Assembly: GCA_040437565.1 (NCBI GenBank)
Contig: JBDOQK010000031.1
Location: forward strand, 1-64,000
Length of the DNA: 64,000 nucleotides
Direction of reading: 5' to 3'
From: Albugo candida
Lineage: Eukaryota
A program made the position numbers and the translations under genes. This document shows positions 23,192 through 35,200 of this stretch, in pieces. The notes beneath the pieces are model-generated. The model saw only the letters and a list, made by a program, of their open reading frames with translations, searched no databases and was not told where the DNA came from. The first letter of the stretch is position 1. Every line of letters starts with the position of its first letter.

Positions 23192-24751
23192 TTATTCCCG
23201 CTTTTGTGTGATTTTGGCAGTGGCTTTCAATTTGCCGTTGGCTTCCATCTCCAGCGTTTCTTTCAGATTTTGTAAAGCTTTTTTGTAAATTGGAACAAGA
23301 TTTTGCATCTCCTCGGGAGAGAGTGAAAATGACAATAATTGCTTTTTATTTGTCTTTTGTAGCATCCGTTGCAATCCTTTTGTTTGACCTCGCTTCACCA
23401 GCGTCACGCATCGACCATATCGGCCAGCTCGCGCGGCCCGACCTGCTCGATGAACATACGTCTTGATGTGCGTCGGGACGTCATAATTGATAACATTCAC
23501 AACGTCATCGAGATCCATCCCTCGCGCCATCGCATCTGAGCACACAAGAACTCGATTCAATCCTTTCTTGCATTTAGCCACTAATTTTCTTCGCTGTTGG
23601 AGCGTTAGACTGCTTGAATACTCTTGAACACCAATATCATCGCCATTTAGTTCCTTAAACATGAGTTGGAGCAGTCGAGTCAAACGATGCGTGGCATTCA
23701 CAGAGGAAGTGAAAACAAGCGTCATTTGGTCATGAAATTGCAACAGTAGTTGAACCAAACGGAGAGGTTTGGATTCGCTATCACACTCCACCAGCCATTC
23801 TTCCAACTTTTCAGGTGTCTCATACACCGGCCCAGCGTTCGAGTCATGTTTCAATTCGGGTTCTTTTGTCAAATTCTGACTCGATTGATCCAAATCTGAA
23901 TTTTTTATTTTCAAAACACGCGCGTGATGCATTCCAATCGCAGCCAATTTGCCCGGATTTTCCGTTAATGTAGCAGATAAAAGAATACGAACAAGTGGTA
24001 CACGAATTTGACTCTGGTTTTGTATTCCATTTACCGACCGAATGGTTTGAATTGCAAGTAAGTCGTCTTCCGGATGCAAGCTTGAGGCATTCGTAGCTGT
24101 ACTGTAGATACTTTGATACACTTTTGCAATCCAGTCTTGGTAGGATTGCGTCAGCAATCGATCTGCTTCATCCACGATAAGGAACTGCAAATGCTGAAGC
24201 GTGAATCCACTCGTTTGCTCCAAATGATCGACAAGACGTCCAGGTGTTGCAATTATAATATCGATTTCACTATGTCCGTCACTTGTGTGCTTTCGAGCGT
24301 GACGTTCCGAGTCGCCGACGAGAAGGTTTTGTTCGTGCCCAAAATTGGCTTGTCCTGTTATAAGTGCACATTTCAAATTTGTCGCAGCGCATAAGGCAGT
24401 GGCGATCTGATACACCTGCGTGGCCAAGTCGCGTGTAGGGACAACAATCAACGCGCGTAAGCGACAGATAATTCGCTTATGTAAATGTAGAAGAATAGGA
24501 ATCAGATACGTGAAAGTTTTCCCACTTCCAGTGGGAGCCGTGATGCAAAAGTCAGTACGGCGTTGAGTGGATCGACACGCTTGTAGGATTTCGGGAATGG
24601 CTTTTTTTTGGACTTGAAAAAAGCCATTTATTTGGAAATGGTGATGGAGAATGTCTGATAACGCATCAGTCATTGGTGTAGTAGGATGCCATTTACCAAG
24701 CGTCTGTGTAAGATCGGCATAGGCAGCTCTCATACCGATGGAATAAATCAA
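23192..24751 (-). CDS. DBP6: DEAD-box RNA helicase, DBP6/DDX51 type (5' end uncertain, possible small upstream exon near 24780-24816)
   Basis: 'FFQVQ', 'APTGSGKT', 'LRALIVVPTRDL', 'ATPGRLVDHL', 'DEADRLL', 'SAT', 'SDAMARGMD' and 'YVHRAGRAARAG'. Confidence 0.88.
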   Translation of the reverse strand: MIYSIGMRAAYADLTQTLGKWHPTTPMTDALSDILHHHFQINGFFQVQKKAIPEILQACRSTQRRTDFCITAPTGSGKTFTYLIPILLHLHKRIICRLRALIVVPTRDLATQVYQIATALCAATNLKCALITGQANFGHEQNLLVGDSERHARKHTSDGHSEIDIIIATPGRLVDHLEQTSGFTLQHLQFLIVDEADRLLTQSYQDWIAKVYQSIYSTATNASSLHPEDDLLAIQTIRSVNGIQNQSQIRVPLVRILLSATLTENPGKLAAIGMHHARVLKIKNSDLDQSSQNLTKEPELKHDSNAGPVYETPEKLEEWLVECDSESKPLRLVQLLLQFHDQMTLVFTSSVNATHRLTRLLQLMFKELNGDDIGVQEYSSSLTLQQRRKLVAKCKKGLNRVLVCSDAMARGMDLDDVVNVINYDVPTHIKTYVHRAGRAARAGRYGRCVTLVKRGQTKGLQRMLQKTNKKQLLSFSLSPEEMQNLVPIYKKALQNLKETLEMEANGKLKATAKITQKRE

Positions 24752-24922
24752 TGAGTGGTAGCCAACAACACGCGTACCGTATCGTAATCAAGACGTACGA
24801 ACAGATGATCAGCCATACATTCTATTGTCAAATTAAGTATTAATGCAAGGCGGAATGTCAACATCGCCCAATTCTATCTATCGTTCAGAAAATACATAGA
24901 CCGAATCTTTCCAGATAACCTT

Positions 24923-26894
24923 TTATGTTTGTTGAGAAGAATCTATGTTTTGTTGTGAGACGGGCAATGAATGGTGACTGCTGACTGATTGCATAATCCT
25001 ACCTGTCAAAGAAAAATCATTTAGCTCAGGCACGTGATGCCGATCGGTAATTGCGTACCTGAATGAGAGGATGGGACCATCGCTCGATTACTGGTGGTTG
25101 TAACTCCATGACGGTCGACATCTTGCATTGAGATATCGCGATTGAATGCTTNNNNNNNNNNNNNNNNNNNNNNNNNNNNNNNNNNNNNNNNNNNNNNNNN
25201 NNNNNNNNNNNNNNNNNNNNNNNNNNNNNNNNNNNNNNNNNNNNNNNNNNNGATTACTGGTGGTTGTAACTCCATGACGGTCGACATCTTGCATTGAGAT
25301 ATCGCGATTGAATGCTTGTCTGTTTGGCGCATTGTACGACATGAAGCCCGGGGCTGTATGCGAAGTCGTAGGCAGGGAGGAGGAATACATATCCGTCGGT
25401 GTTACTTTCATCTGTCGATAAAATGACGCAGAATCCATCTGACCTTGATTGCTGCCTCCAGTACATCCGCTAGAATGCAGCAAATTTGGCTGATGTTCGC
25501 GTACATAATCCATATTCTTTGACATGCCGCGTATATACGTTGCATTGGGGTCAGAAGTATTGATTGTACGCAAGTCCGGAAAAGAGTGACACGTGCGTTG
25601 ATCGAATTTGACATGCTGCTCGACAGCTGTGGAGGTGTGACGAGTTGGTCTGTAGCCTGCTATCTCACGTGAACCATACTGATCAAATGCTTTCTGATTC
25701 GACACTGAAAATAGTGATAGAATGGCTCCATGGACATTAGGCGGAAAACATAGTCGCAGTAAATCTGGATCGCTTGCAATATATTCGACAGCTTGAAGCG
25801 GTGAGGTGAACCTCGTCTCTGATAGAGCTAAGCCGGTAGACTGTGGATCTCTTGATGGTGCAATGTAGTGTTGCTTTGCGCCCTCAGGAGCTTGATCCAG
25901 CCTCCATCCTTCTCGTAACAAGACGGGAAGCGCTTCCGTCTCAAAGAGACTTTGTACAAATTGTGCTTCTCTTTCAGTAACTTGTTTATGTGAATTCTCA
26001 CGCTGATTATCGACATCCAAAGAAGCCATTGATGCGGTAGAAAAAGCCGTTTCCATCCCACTGATGTCATTGACACGATCACGAAGCGCTGCTATGGCTT
26101 TTGGATCAGGACGTTCAACATCGTCTTGAACCAGAATCTGTAGTGTATCTTCGATACTGAGCACCTCTTGATCGCCATCCGCATACGAGATAGTATACGA
26201 AAGCATTTCTTCATCGAATTTGATAACCTTCCATGAAAACATCAATACATCAGTCAGGTTCAATCAAATAATCACATTTGGTATGTACCTGCCCCAGAAA
26301 GCGACCATGTCCAACGAATGTTTTTGCAACCCGAAGACCGATTAGATCATTAGCAAGCACCCGTTGTCCGTTCAGAACAACCCAGCATGCTACGTGATTT
26401 GATGGATAACTGGGAACATTCCGATGCGAATCTTCCTTCGCGGTCGAACCAGTCGCTGCAGCCACTTCGGCAAAAGAAAGTGTGGTCTTCGGTTTTGAAG
26501 TTGGCTGAAAGTACTCTAAGGTACTAATCCTTTGTGATTGGGATGGCACCGCATTCGTTGTAGCTGTGATCGGAGGTAACATAATTGGATGACTTGCATT
26601 ACGTATCGCCTCTCCGCCTCTGCCATATATATTTGTTGAGATAGACACCGGTCGTGTAGAGTTCCTTCTTGTTTTCGAATCAAGATGATGACTGGGTGTG
26701 GTTGTACCAGACATTGTTCGAACTGGGTCACTAGAAGTACAAAAGATATTCAATGTCGAGAAGCGATTGGGTGAGTCTCGATGTGATGAGGATGTGCGTG
26801 AAGTCAGATTTCGTACATCCGGTTCATTAAAATTCGAGGACATCACAGAGGCAACGGCTGCAGAGGATAATTCAGCTGTCACAGACGACGTCAT
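24923..26894 (-). CDS. Low-complexity nuclear-type protein with a PTM/DIR17-like Tudor domain, multi-exon
   Basis: Spliced 'LIGLRVAKTFVGHGRFLGQ|VIKFDEEMLSYTISYADGDQEVL' matches the Tudor-like pattern G.RV.K.F...G.F.G.V......Y...Y.DGD.E.L. The 3' exon structure is approximate because of the gap at 25152-25251. Confidence 0.65.
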
Positions 26895-27917
26895 TGGTAA
26901 ATCATAAGAGAGGCAGCAGTCCCTTTCTGTCACTTTAGACTCGTGTACTGTACGACAAAGTAGCAGCTTGTTTATTTTTACTCGCCCGTTTTCTTTCTTT
27001 TCACCTCAGCGGCTGAAGCGATGAGTAGCTAGTCAATTAGGTTCAAGTTGCGCTTTTTTATATTTTGTCTTGCAAACGAATCGAACGATAGACGACGAGC
27101 CGAATGGAATGCTTTTTCTGTTAAGATTTCTATACGAAGCTTGAAATTACACAATCAAATGAGAAAGAATCCTGATTGTTACTATGTATTGCTGCAGCTT
27201 TTTATGCACAAAAGTAGTGTTCTTGTGCTTGGCGCTATTGGGCAGAATCAACGGTAAGCTCGTGCTCAATCGCAAAGCGTAAGGAAGGCGTTGGCAAAAG
27301 ATCAACTAATCCGTACGAGTGTACTTGATACCCTGATGAATCTGATCGTGGTTGATCGTATGACTCATATTCTATACACATGCCAGGTTGCAAATCCGTT
27401 TAAAAGTATCGTAAAGGTTACCGTGTTTATTAGCATAGATCAGACTTGACCGCATGCGNNNNNNNNNNNNNNNNNNNNNNNNNNNNNNNNNNNNNNNNNN
27501 NNNNNNNNNNNNNNNNNNNNNNNNNNNNNNNNNNNNNNNNNNNNNNNNNNNNNNNNNNGGAAGGCGTTGGCAAAAGATCAACTAATCCGTACGAGTGTAC
27601 TTGATACCCTGATGAATCTGATCGTGGTTGATCGTATGACTCATATTCTATACACATGCCAGGTTGCAAATCCGTTTAAAAGTATCGTAAAGGTTACCGT
27701 GTTTATTAGCATAGATCAGACTTGACCGCATGCGTCCGGTATCAGAAGTTTAGAAATGACGCACTTGAACGTAAAATCCGAACCAGTGAATGTCACATTC
27801 GGCAGCGCTTACATGCGTTTACATGTCTCTATGTGCGTTCACTTCGGATCTTCTGTAACAACTTAAAGACAGACGGATGTCGTGGGATCATCGATACTAC
27901 GAGTGTATAGCTCTATT

Positions 27918-30787
27918 TTACCACATAAAGCGTCCTGTAGTTCCATCGACCCAAGTGAATGGATAATGTAAAAAAATTATCATTGTGACCAGATTGATGG
28001 CACTATAGAGCACAAGAGTTGAGTACATCTGCTGCTTGCGTTGCTAATACGATAGCAAAAGGGCAAATGCACATTCAATGACTGTATCTGGGGAATATTG
28101 TCAAATTTTTGAGTGCATTGCTTACCTTGCCAGTGTTCAACTGAAAAATGATTGTCGGAATAATATAGTAGCGTGGCCTGAAAACTCCAATTTATTACAA
28201 CGAAAAAGTATCCAGAATCAAGATGGCAACGTACTCGACAAGCGGAGAGGGGACCAGAGTCAAACACACCGCAACAAAGTAAACCAGGATCCATAATGGC
28301 GATCGATTTTTTCCTGAACCAACCGTAGAATTCAGGGTATATCAAATGAAGTCGAAGCTGAGCGCACCTAATTCACGGAAACCAAACCATCCAAAATAGA
28401 TATACATGGCCAAAGGTGCGAATTTCGCCATTGAATAGCGACGGAAAAATTTCCGCCAAATATAAAACGTATAATGACGATTATCAGCCAACAGGAACGG
28501 GTGCACTGGACTGCAGTACGCAATGATTGTCAGTACAGCTGCGAGTAACGATGTCATCTGAATGATTTTGCTTCGTTTCAAGCACTGTTTTGACATGAAG
28601 CACCAGAATTGGTACAGGTTATCGGGGAGGAGGAGACTGGTGCTGAATCCGGAGGCAATCGGAAAAGTGAAGTATAGTAACTGAGCAGCGTGAAAGCTCA
28701 TTTCGTGATTGGATTTATCGCCTGGCACACCAAAACAGCGGTAGTAATGAGTCACGTGAAAGCGACGGGATCACGTACCCAGCACAATACTTCCATTTTT
28801 GATCACAAATATCATGAAGCAAATGATCACACCAGTAAACGACCACAAGTGAATCATGAGAGAGAAAATATCTGTATGACCAACACGAATAGCTCGAGAT
28901 AGGATGGACGGCAGCCTTTGAAAGCAAGCAATTCAGTTGCGTATCTGGATGATTAAATTCACTCTACCTTCCAAAAAGTGGTTCGCCATTTATTTGCCCA
29001 TGGGTACTCGCGGAACTAGCAAGCAAAATGCGTTGCAGCATGATTTGATACAAGCCTAGACGGGTCATTCACCTGTATATGAATGATGCGTGTTTTGTTT
29101 CGAGAAATCGAACCAGTGTCGTTCCTGCCACAAATCCGACCCAAATGACGTTATTTTGTCGAAAAAGCACTGCCAAAGCTCCACACTACTTCGAAAAAAA
29201 AGTATTTTGGCAATAGCGAACGTTCACTGAGCTTTCAATCGTACCAAAGCGCTGGGAAGGAATGTGAATAATGCACGTTTGTGCTTTCCAAAATCGACAC
29301 GTTCGGCCAAGTAGTACATTAAAAGCACAAAGTATATGGAGCCAACATCGGTATAGAACAAAAATGTGTCGAAGAAGAGAACGGGGAAGGACAAGAGGAC
29401 TGCAGTATAAAGGACCACATGCTGTTCACTTGGCTAGGCAGCACGGGTATCCGGTCACAACGATGCTGCAACAACAGGTGGACGTTTTACCGCACAAAGC
29501 AACCGGAGACGTGGTATAAGGAACGAAAGAGCAACCGCAAACCATAGATTCGTACGCCGAAAGTTTGTCAGAGAGCACACATCATCAAGTCGGAAGGCAT
29601 TCAGCGTCGAGCTGATGTACGCAAATAAAGTGGCAAAATAGTATAATCCAGGAAATGTGGTGATTTTTGTATTCCAGTACGCTATTCAACGGAACCGGCG
29701 CAAATGATGAGCAAACTACAAGAAAAGTCCAAAGATCCTTACCAAAGTTTCCGTTGCAGTACGCGCGTGTCTGATCAAAATGGAAGAGCTCATCCTGTCA
29801 ATTACAAATCACAGCAAAATCAAAGTCAAGAGGATGTAATAGAACACATCAGAAGCTACATGCACCATATAAGGTTGATCGACAATCTGATTTACAATTC
29901 GGGCTATTACTGCATATGAAAAGGCAATTCCGACGGCAAAACNNNNNNNNNNNNNNNNNNNNNNNNNNNNNNNNNNNNNNNNNNNNNNNNNNNNNNNNNN
30001 NNNNNNNNNNNNNNNNNNNNNNNNNNNNNNNNNNNNNNNNNNCGAACGTTCACTGAGCTTTCAATCGTACCAAAGCGCTGGGAAGGAATGTGAATAATGC
30101 ACGTTTGTGCTTTCCAAAATCGACACGTTCGGCCAAGTAGTACATTAAAAGCACAAAGTATATGGAGCCAACATCGGTATAGAACAAAAATGTGTCGAAG
30201 AAGAGAACGGGGAAGGACAAGAGGACTGCAGTATAAAGGACCACATGCTGTTCACTTGGCTAGGCAGCACGGGTATCCGGTCACAACGATGCTGCAACAA
30301 CAGGTGGACGTTTTACCGCACAAAGCAACCGGAGACGTGGTATAAGGAACGAAAGAGCAACCGCAAACCATAGATTCGTACGCCGAAAGTTTGTCAGAGA
30401 GCACACATCATCAAGTCGGAAGGCATTCAGCGTCGAGCTGATGTACGCAAATAAAGTGGCAAAATAGTATAATCCAGGAAATGTGGTGATTTTTGTATTC
30501 CAGTACGCTATTCAACGGAACCGGCGCAAATGATGAGCAAACTACAAGAAAAGTCCAAAGATCCTTACCAAAGTTTCCGTTGCAGTACGCGCGTGTCTGA
30601 TCAAAATGGAAGAGCTCATCCTGTCAATTACAAATCACAGCAAAATCAAAGTCAAGAGGATGTAATAGAACACATCAGAAGCTACATGCACCATATAAGG
30701 TTGATCGACAATCTGATTTACAATTCGGGCTATTACTGCATATGAAAAGGCAATTCCGACGGCAAAACCCGATATCGGTCGTGTCAT
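27918..30787 (-). CDS. ALG10: Dol-P-Glc:Glc2Man9GlcNAc2-PP-Dol alpha-1,2-glucosyltransferase (ALG10/DIE2), multi-exon; part appears twice around the gap at 29943-30042
   Basis: 'QPYM|DELFHFDQTRAYCNGNF', 'KITTFPGLYY', 'FLFYTDVGS', 'VHPFLLADNRHYTFYIWRK' and C-terminal 'RFMW*'. Confidence 0.9.
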
Positions 30788-30872
30788 TTACAATCCAAAA
30801 TAGTGTTCCAACAAAATTGACCCTCTTCCATCCAGCCATATCAACCTACACTAGTGTGTCTACACAATCTCA

Positions 30873-31955
30873 TCACGATGGAGATCGTCGATATGGCTCT
30901 TCCAATCGCTCTCTCATCTGATCAAGCAATTTACATTCGATACCCGCTTCCTTCTGCGCTACAAGGCGCATGAGCATAGGCTTCCACTTCCTCCCTCTCG
31001 TGTTGATGAACCAGTTATTGACTTGTTCTATTGTGATGCCTCCTTGCATTCCAAGCATATCTTTCTCATCTTCGGTTGGGTAGGGATGGTGGAGATGATC
31101 TTCAAACCATTGCTGTAGTACTTCTTTTGCTGTCTTGGATAAATTTGTGCGTTTCTTACATCCTCGACTGCAATCCATCAAAGGGGAACCCGGCGCATTG
31201 GCCGAAGCACTGCTCCATACATTGCCTTCCAGTATACCCATTGCGATACTGGAGTTATCGTCCCATGATGAAGACGCCGTCGAACTAGTGTGTCGTAAGG
31301 AAACAGCACGTGCTAATTGATGCAAATCTCGAATAGCGTGTCGATACCGTAGCGTTATGGATTGATCATTGATCATGTGGAGGACTTGTTCAAACTTGTT
31401 GAACGCTTCACCCTCATACTGCTGCTGGTATCGTTCCATGCTCCCAACAAGATCCGGCTGGCTCTTGAGTGCGTCAGAAAGCATCGAACGGACGCTGGAA
31501 TCATCCGATAATGATTGACTGGTTTCATTAGGCGATTTTGCGCCATCTTTATCGGTTTTGTATGTTTGTTTCAGACTTTCCAAGCTAATCAATTCCGCAT
31601 CTTCGGGAAGCAAATTGCAATGAGTAAATGACCAAATCAAGCTCCGATCTAATGCGTCGAATTCGCTATGTGATTGTTCCTGTAACAAATGATCACGAGC
31701 CACTTGCGCAGCGACCTGAAGCTCCATTGTGGGGAGGCACACGCCGTTTTCTTCCAACTCTTCCTCCTCATCCAAAACAAACGACAAAATCTGATGCAGC
31801 TGGAAATCAATTGCAGCAGTGTCGTCTTCCTTATCCTCCGGATCCTTGAGTGATAGTTCGTCGGAGCATACAGCCTCGGCATTCTCCTCCTCCTGCTGAC
31901 CTCGATGTCGCCGCATGCTTCCCGATTTATAATTGAATCGATTAGGGAGCGTCAT
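30873..31955 (-). CDS. TALE-class homeodomain transcription factor
   Basis: 'KKRTNLSKTAKEVLQQWFEDHLHHPYPTEDEK...QVNNWFINTRGRKWK' has the three-residue loop extension with PYP and the WFIN helix 3. Confidence 0.92.
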   Translation of the reverse strand: MTLPNRFNYKSGSMRRHRGQQEEENAEAVCSDELSLKDPEDKEDDTAAIDFQLHQILSFVLDEEEELEENGVCLPTMELQVAAQVARDHLLQEQSHSEFDALDRSLIWSFTHCNLLPEDAELISLESLKQTYKTDKDGAKSPNETSQSLSDDSSVRSMLSDALKSQPDLVGSMERYQQQYEGEAFNKFEQVLHMINDQSITLRYRHAIRDLHQLARAVSLRHTSSTASSSWDDNSSIAMGILEGNVWSSASANAPGSPLMDCSRGCKKRTNLSKTAKEVLQQWFEDHLHHPYPTEDEKDMLGMQGGITIEQVNNWFINTRGRKWKPMLMRLVAQKEAGIECKLLDQMRERLEEPYRRSPS

Positions 31956-32218
31956 TCGCACGTCTGCCAGTTAGTTTTTTTCTGCACTCAACAAACATTC
32001 TCAGAGAAAAGGGGAGTCGAAAAATGATGGAAATTGACCCGTTCGCCTTTTTGCGAGCCATAATCGTGCATACGACTCGGCAAGTGTCCGTTACATGTGA
32101 CCGAGCTGTCTCGTTTCAAGCCTGCAACATGAAGTCTAATTCGAGCTGAAAACTACCCGGCTCACCAACGACTCTGCGACTCGACTTGCATGTTAATTTA
32201 TCATATAGCGAGACAGCG

Positions 32219-35200
32219 ATGGATGTAAGACAATTGTCAAGATTCTTGGTATTCATGGCCTGGAGCGCACACGCAGCGACCATTTGGGAGGATCATGTCG
32301 AGATGGGAGATCACATTGTTGCCACTGGCAGTACCTTGGTACTACGAGGACTCAATCGTGTTGAAGGACAGCTTCTGATCCAACATGGCGCAAGTGTAAG
32401 TGTCGATCCAGGTCGAGATGCAGTTTTGATTGTGAGTGGGATTCAAGTGAATGGGTCATTTTTAATTGGGAATGCAACACATCCTTACATTCGCAAAGCA
32501 ATTATTCACATTGCGTGTAATCCAACACTTTCCAAGTGGAATGAGCAAAGAAAAGGGATTGTAGTGCATCGTGGTGGATGGATTGGACTGTTTGGTAAGA
32601 AGGGTTCCAGTCGACATACTTGGACTAGACTTTATGATCATGCGTACAAAGGCACCACAATACTCCGGTTTGATGTACCTGAAGACTGGGATATTGGCGA
32701 TGAGATTTCGATTGCCTCAACCGATTTTGATCCGCATCAAACAGAGAAAAGGACAATTAGAGAGATTGATGGAAATGTGGTGCAAGTCGACATACCGCTG
32801 GACTTTACACATTTCGGGCGGATCACTGAAAATGTAGATCAGCGAGCCGAAGTCGCTTTGCTCACTCGAAGTATTGTATTTCAAGGATGTTACGAAAAGA
32901 ATGCTGCTTTGATCGGCGTTGGAGGGCACATGATGATCATGGAGGGCTTTTACAGAGCTCAGATACAAGGTGTAGAAATTCGGAATTTTGGTCAGGCAGA
33001 CAAGATTGGACGGTACCCCATCCATTTCCATATGGCCGGGTATGTGCCTGATGGAACATTTATTCGCTACACTGCTATTCACAACTCCAACTTTCGTGCC
33101 ATCACTGTGCACGGAACTCAAAATGTTCTCGTTCAAGGAAATGTTGCGTTCAATATAACGGGTCATGCAGTCATGTTAGAGGATGGAGCCGAAAGTGAAA
33201 ACGTGTTCTCGGATAATTGTATCATGCTCGTTTTAGAGAAGACTAGCGGTGAACGCCTGGGCTCGGATACTTCAATTGCGTTGAGTGCTTTCTACATCAC
33301 AAATACGAACAACACATTCACAAGAAACACTGTAGTGGGTGTAGAAGGAAGTGGATTTTGGATCCATACGCGGCTGAATGTCAAAGGTCTTAGTTTTGCC
33401 ACAGGAATGTATGATGATGTCCATCCGTACCTCATCCCAATAAAAGAAATTCGGAACAATTTCGTGCATTCTACAAAAGTTGGCTTTCGGATCGAATCGC
33501 CTGATTTGGATGGGGATGATATACCTCGACAGATCAGTTATTCACCGCCATATACGTATATGCCAGTTCTCATCCCGTCTATAGATATGTTCACCGTTCA
33601 TCACTCACGCGAAGGCGGATGGTTTCGTATATATCGACTTATAGTCAACGAGTGGATTGTGTCTGATTGCACGGAAGGGATCCAAGTGCTGGCACAAGGA
33701 AACACACCGACTTTCATAACGGAAGCGTTTATTCGAAATTCGCTCTTTGTCGGAAGCTCTTCGAATCGCGGTAATTTACTCATGACTCCCTGGCAAAGGA
33801 TCAATTTTATCGAAAATCGATCAGAGAGCGCAATCGATCGAAGTTTGGGCGATCGAATGGGAATCAAGTTGTACGATGGACCGTTGTTTCTCGAGGACAC
33901 CAAGTTTATGAATTGGGTCTCAGCACCATGCTTGAACTATTACATCCCAGCCATTGGTGCTCGACAATACAATACATTTGCTATGTCCACCCTTACACAC
34001 TCGCGTAATGTTACTTTTGAAAAGACCGATCATCGTTATTTCATATCTGATCGTGATTCTGATGGAGGAAAGACCACGACAATGCTTGATGAAGATGGGT
34101 CCGTCACTGGCTATAGAGGATCTACGCTCCTGCCGTATTGGGAGTTCTATTCGACTATCCAATGTCGAGAAGCTTCATCGTGGAGATTAGTGTGTCCTCA
34201 TNNNNNNNNNNNNNNNNNNNNNNNNNNNNNNNNNNNNNNNNNNNNNNNNNNNNNNNNNNNNNNNNNNNNNNNNNNNNNNNNNNNNNNNNNNNNNNNNNNN
34301 NGTAATGTTACTTTTGAAAAGACCGATCATCGTTATTTCATATCTGATCGTGATTCTGATGGAGGAAAGACCACGACAATGCTTGATGAAGATGGGTCCG
34401 TCACTGGCTATAGAGGATCTACGCTCCTGCCGTATTGGGAGTTCTATTCGACTATCCAATGTCGAGAAGCTTCATCGTGGAGATTAGTGTGTCCTCATCG
34501 ATATGTGAATTTGGATGTGATCGCTACGGATATCTCTCAGGATAAAAATCGTTATGGAGAATTGATAGTCTACCGAAACAATGTAAATGAGTCTTCTAGG
34601 ACGGCACCTTTGCTGACTTTCCAAGGTCAATATATCCCCATTTCTAATGGCTGGCTGTACCATCCGATTGTATCGCCCGGGGCTTACTATACGCTTCGAT
34701 TCACAAAGATGACTCCCCAACAAATCAGTCTTATCATTTCCTGGGCCGATGCGACAGATCAAGTCGAAATTTCAATCATTTACCCATATGATACATTGAT
34801 TTTGAATCTCACCACGCAACATGGCGAATCGTTATCCACAACTACAAATCTTGGAGTGTGCAGGAACTGCTACACTTACGATTCGAATAGCCAAATACTT
34901 CGATTCAATATCGCACAAGAGTACGAGCGTCCAAGCCAAGGATCTGCCTGTCCTATCGACGGATGTGTTACCGTCACCATCCTGGCAGCTCTTCCAAACT
35001 CGGCGTACGTGACTGAAGATACGACTATTCGAACGCTGGAGAAGACGAAAAGAGTTGAAATAGAAGAGTCAACTTGGATCCAAAAACGACTACAAAGGAG
35101 AGATGCAATGGAGCAAGCTATGGAAGAAATAAAATGGTGCGCCTTAGTAGATCCTTGTATCGAGCTGGTTGATGTCGGCAATTATCGAAATGGAATCATG

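Noticed and set aside
27250-27900. Small ORFs between the Tudor-like gene and ALG10
   Set aside because: They are short, show no motif and are confounded by a gap duplication, so no gene is supportable.
29217-30767. Duplicated ALG10 exons
   Set aside because: Identical repeat on both sides of the gap at 29943-30042; artefact.
34005-34498. Internal domain repeat in the G8/beta-helix protein
   Set aside because: It is a gap-flank duplication, and the reading frame through the Ns is coincidental.
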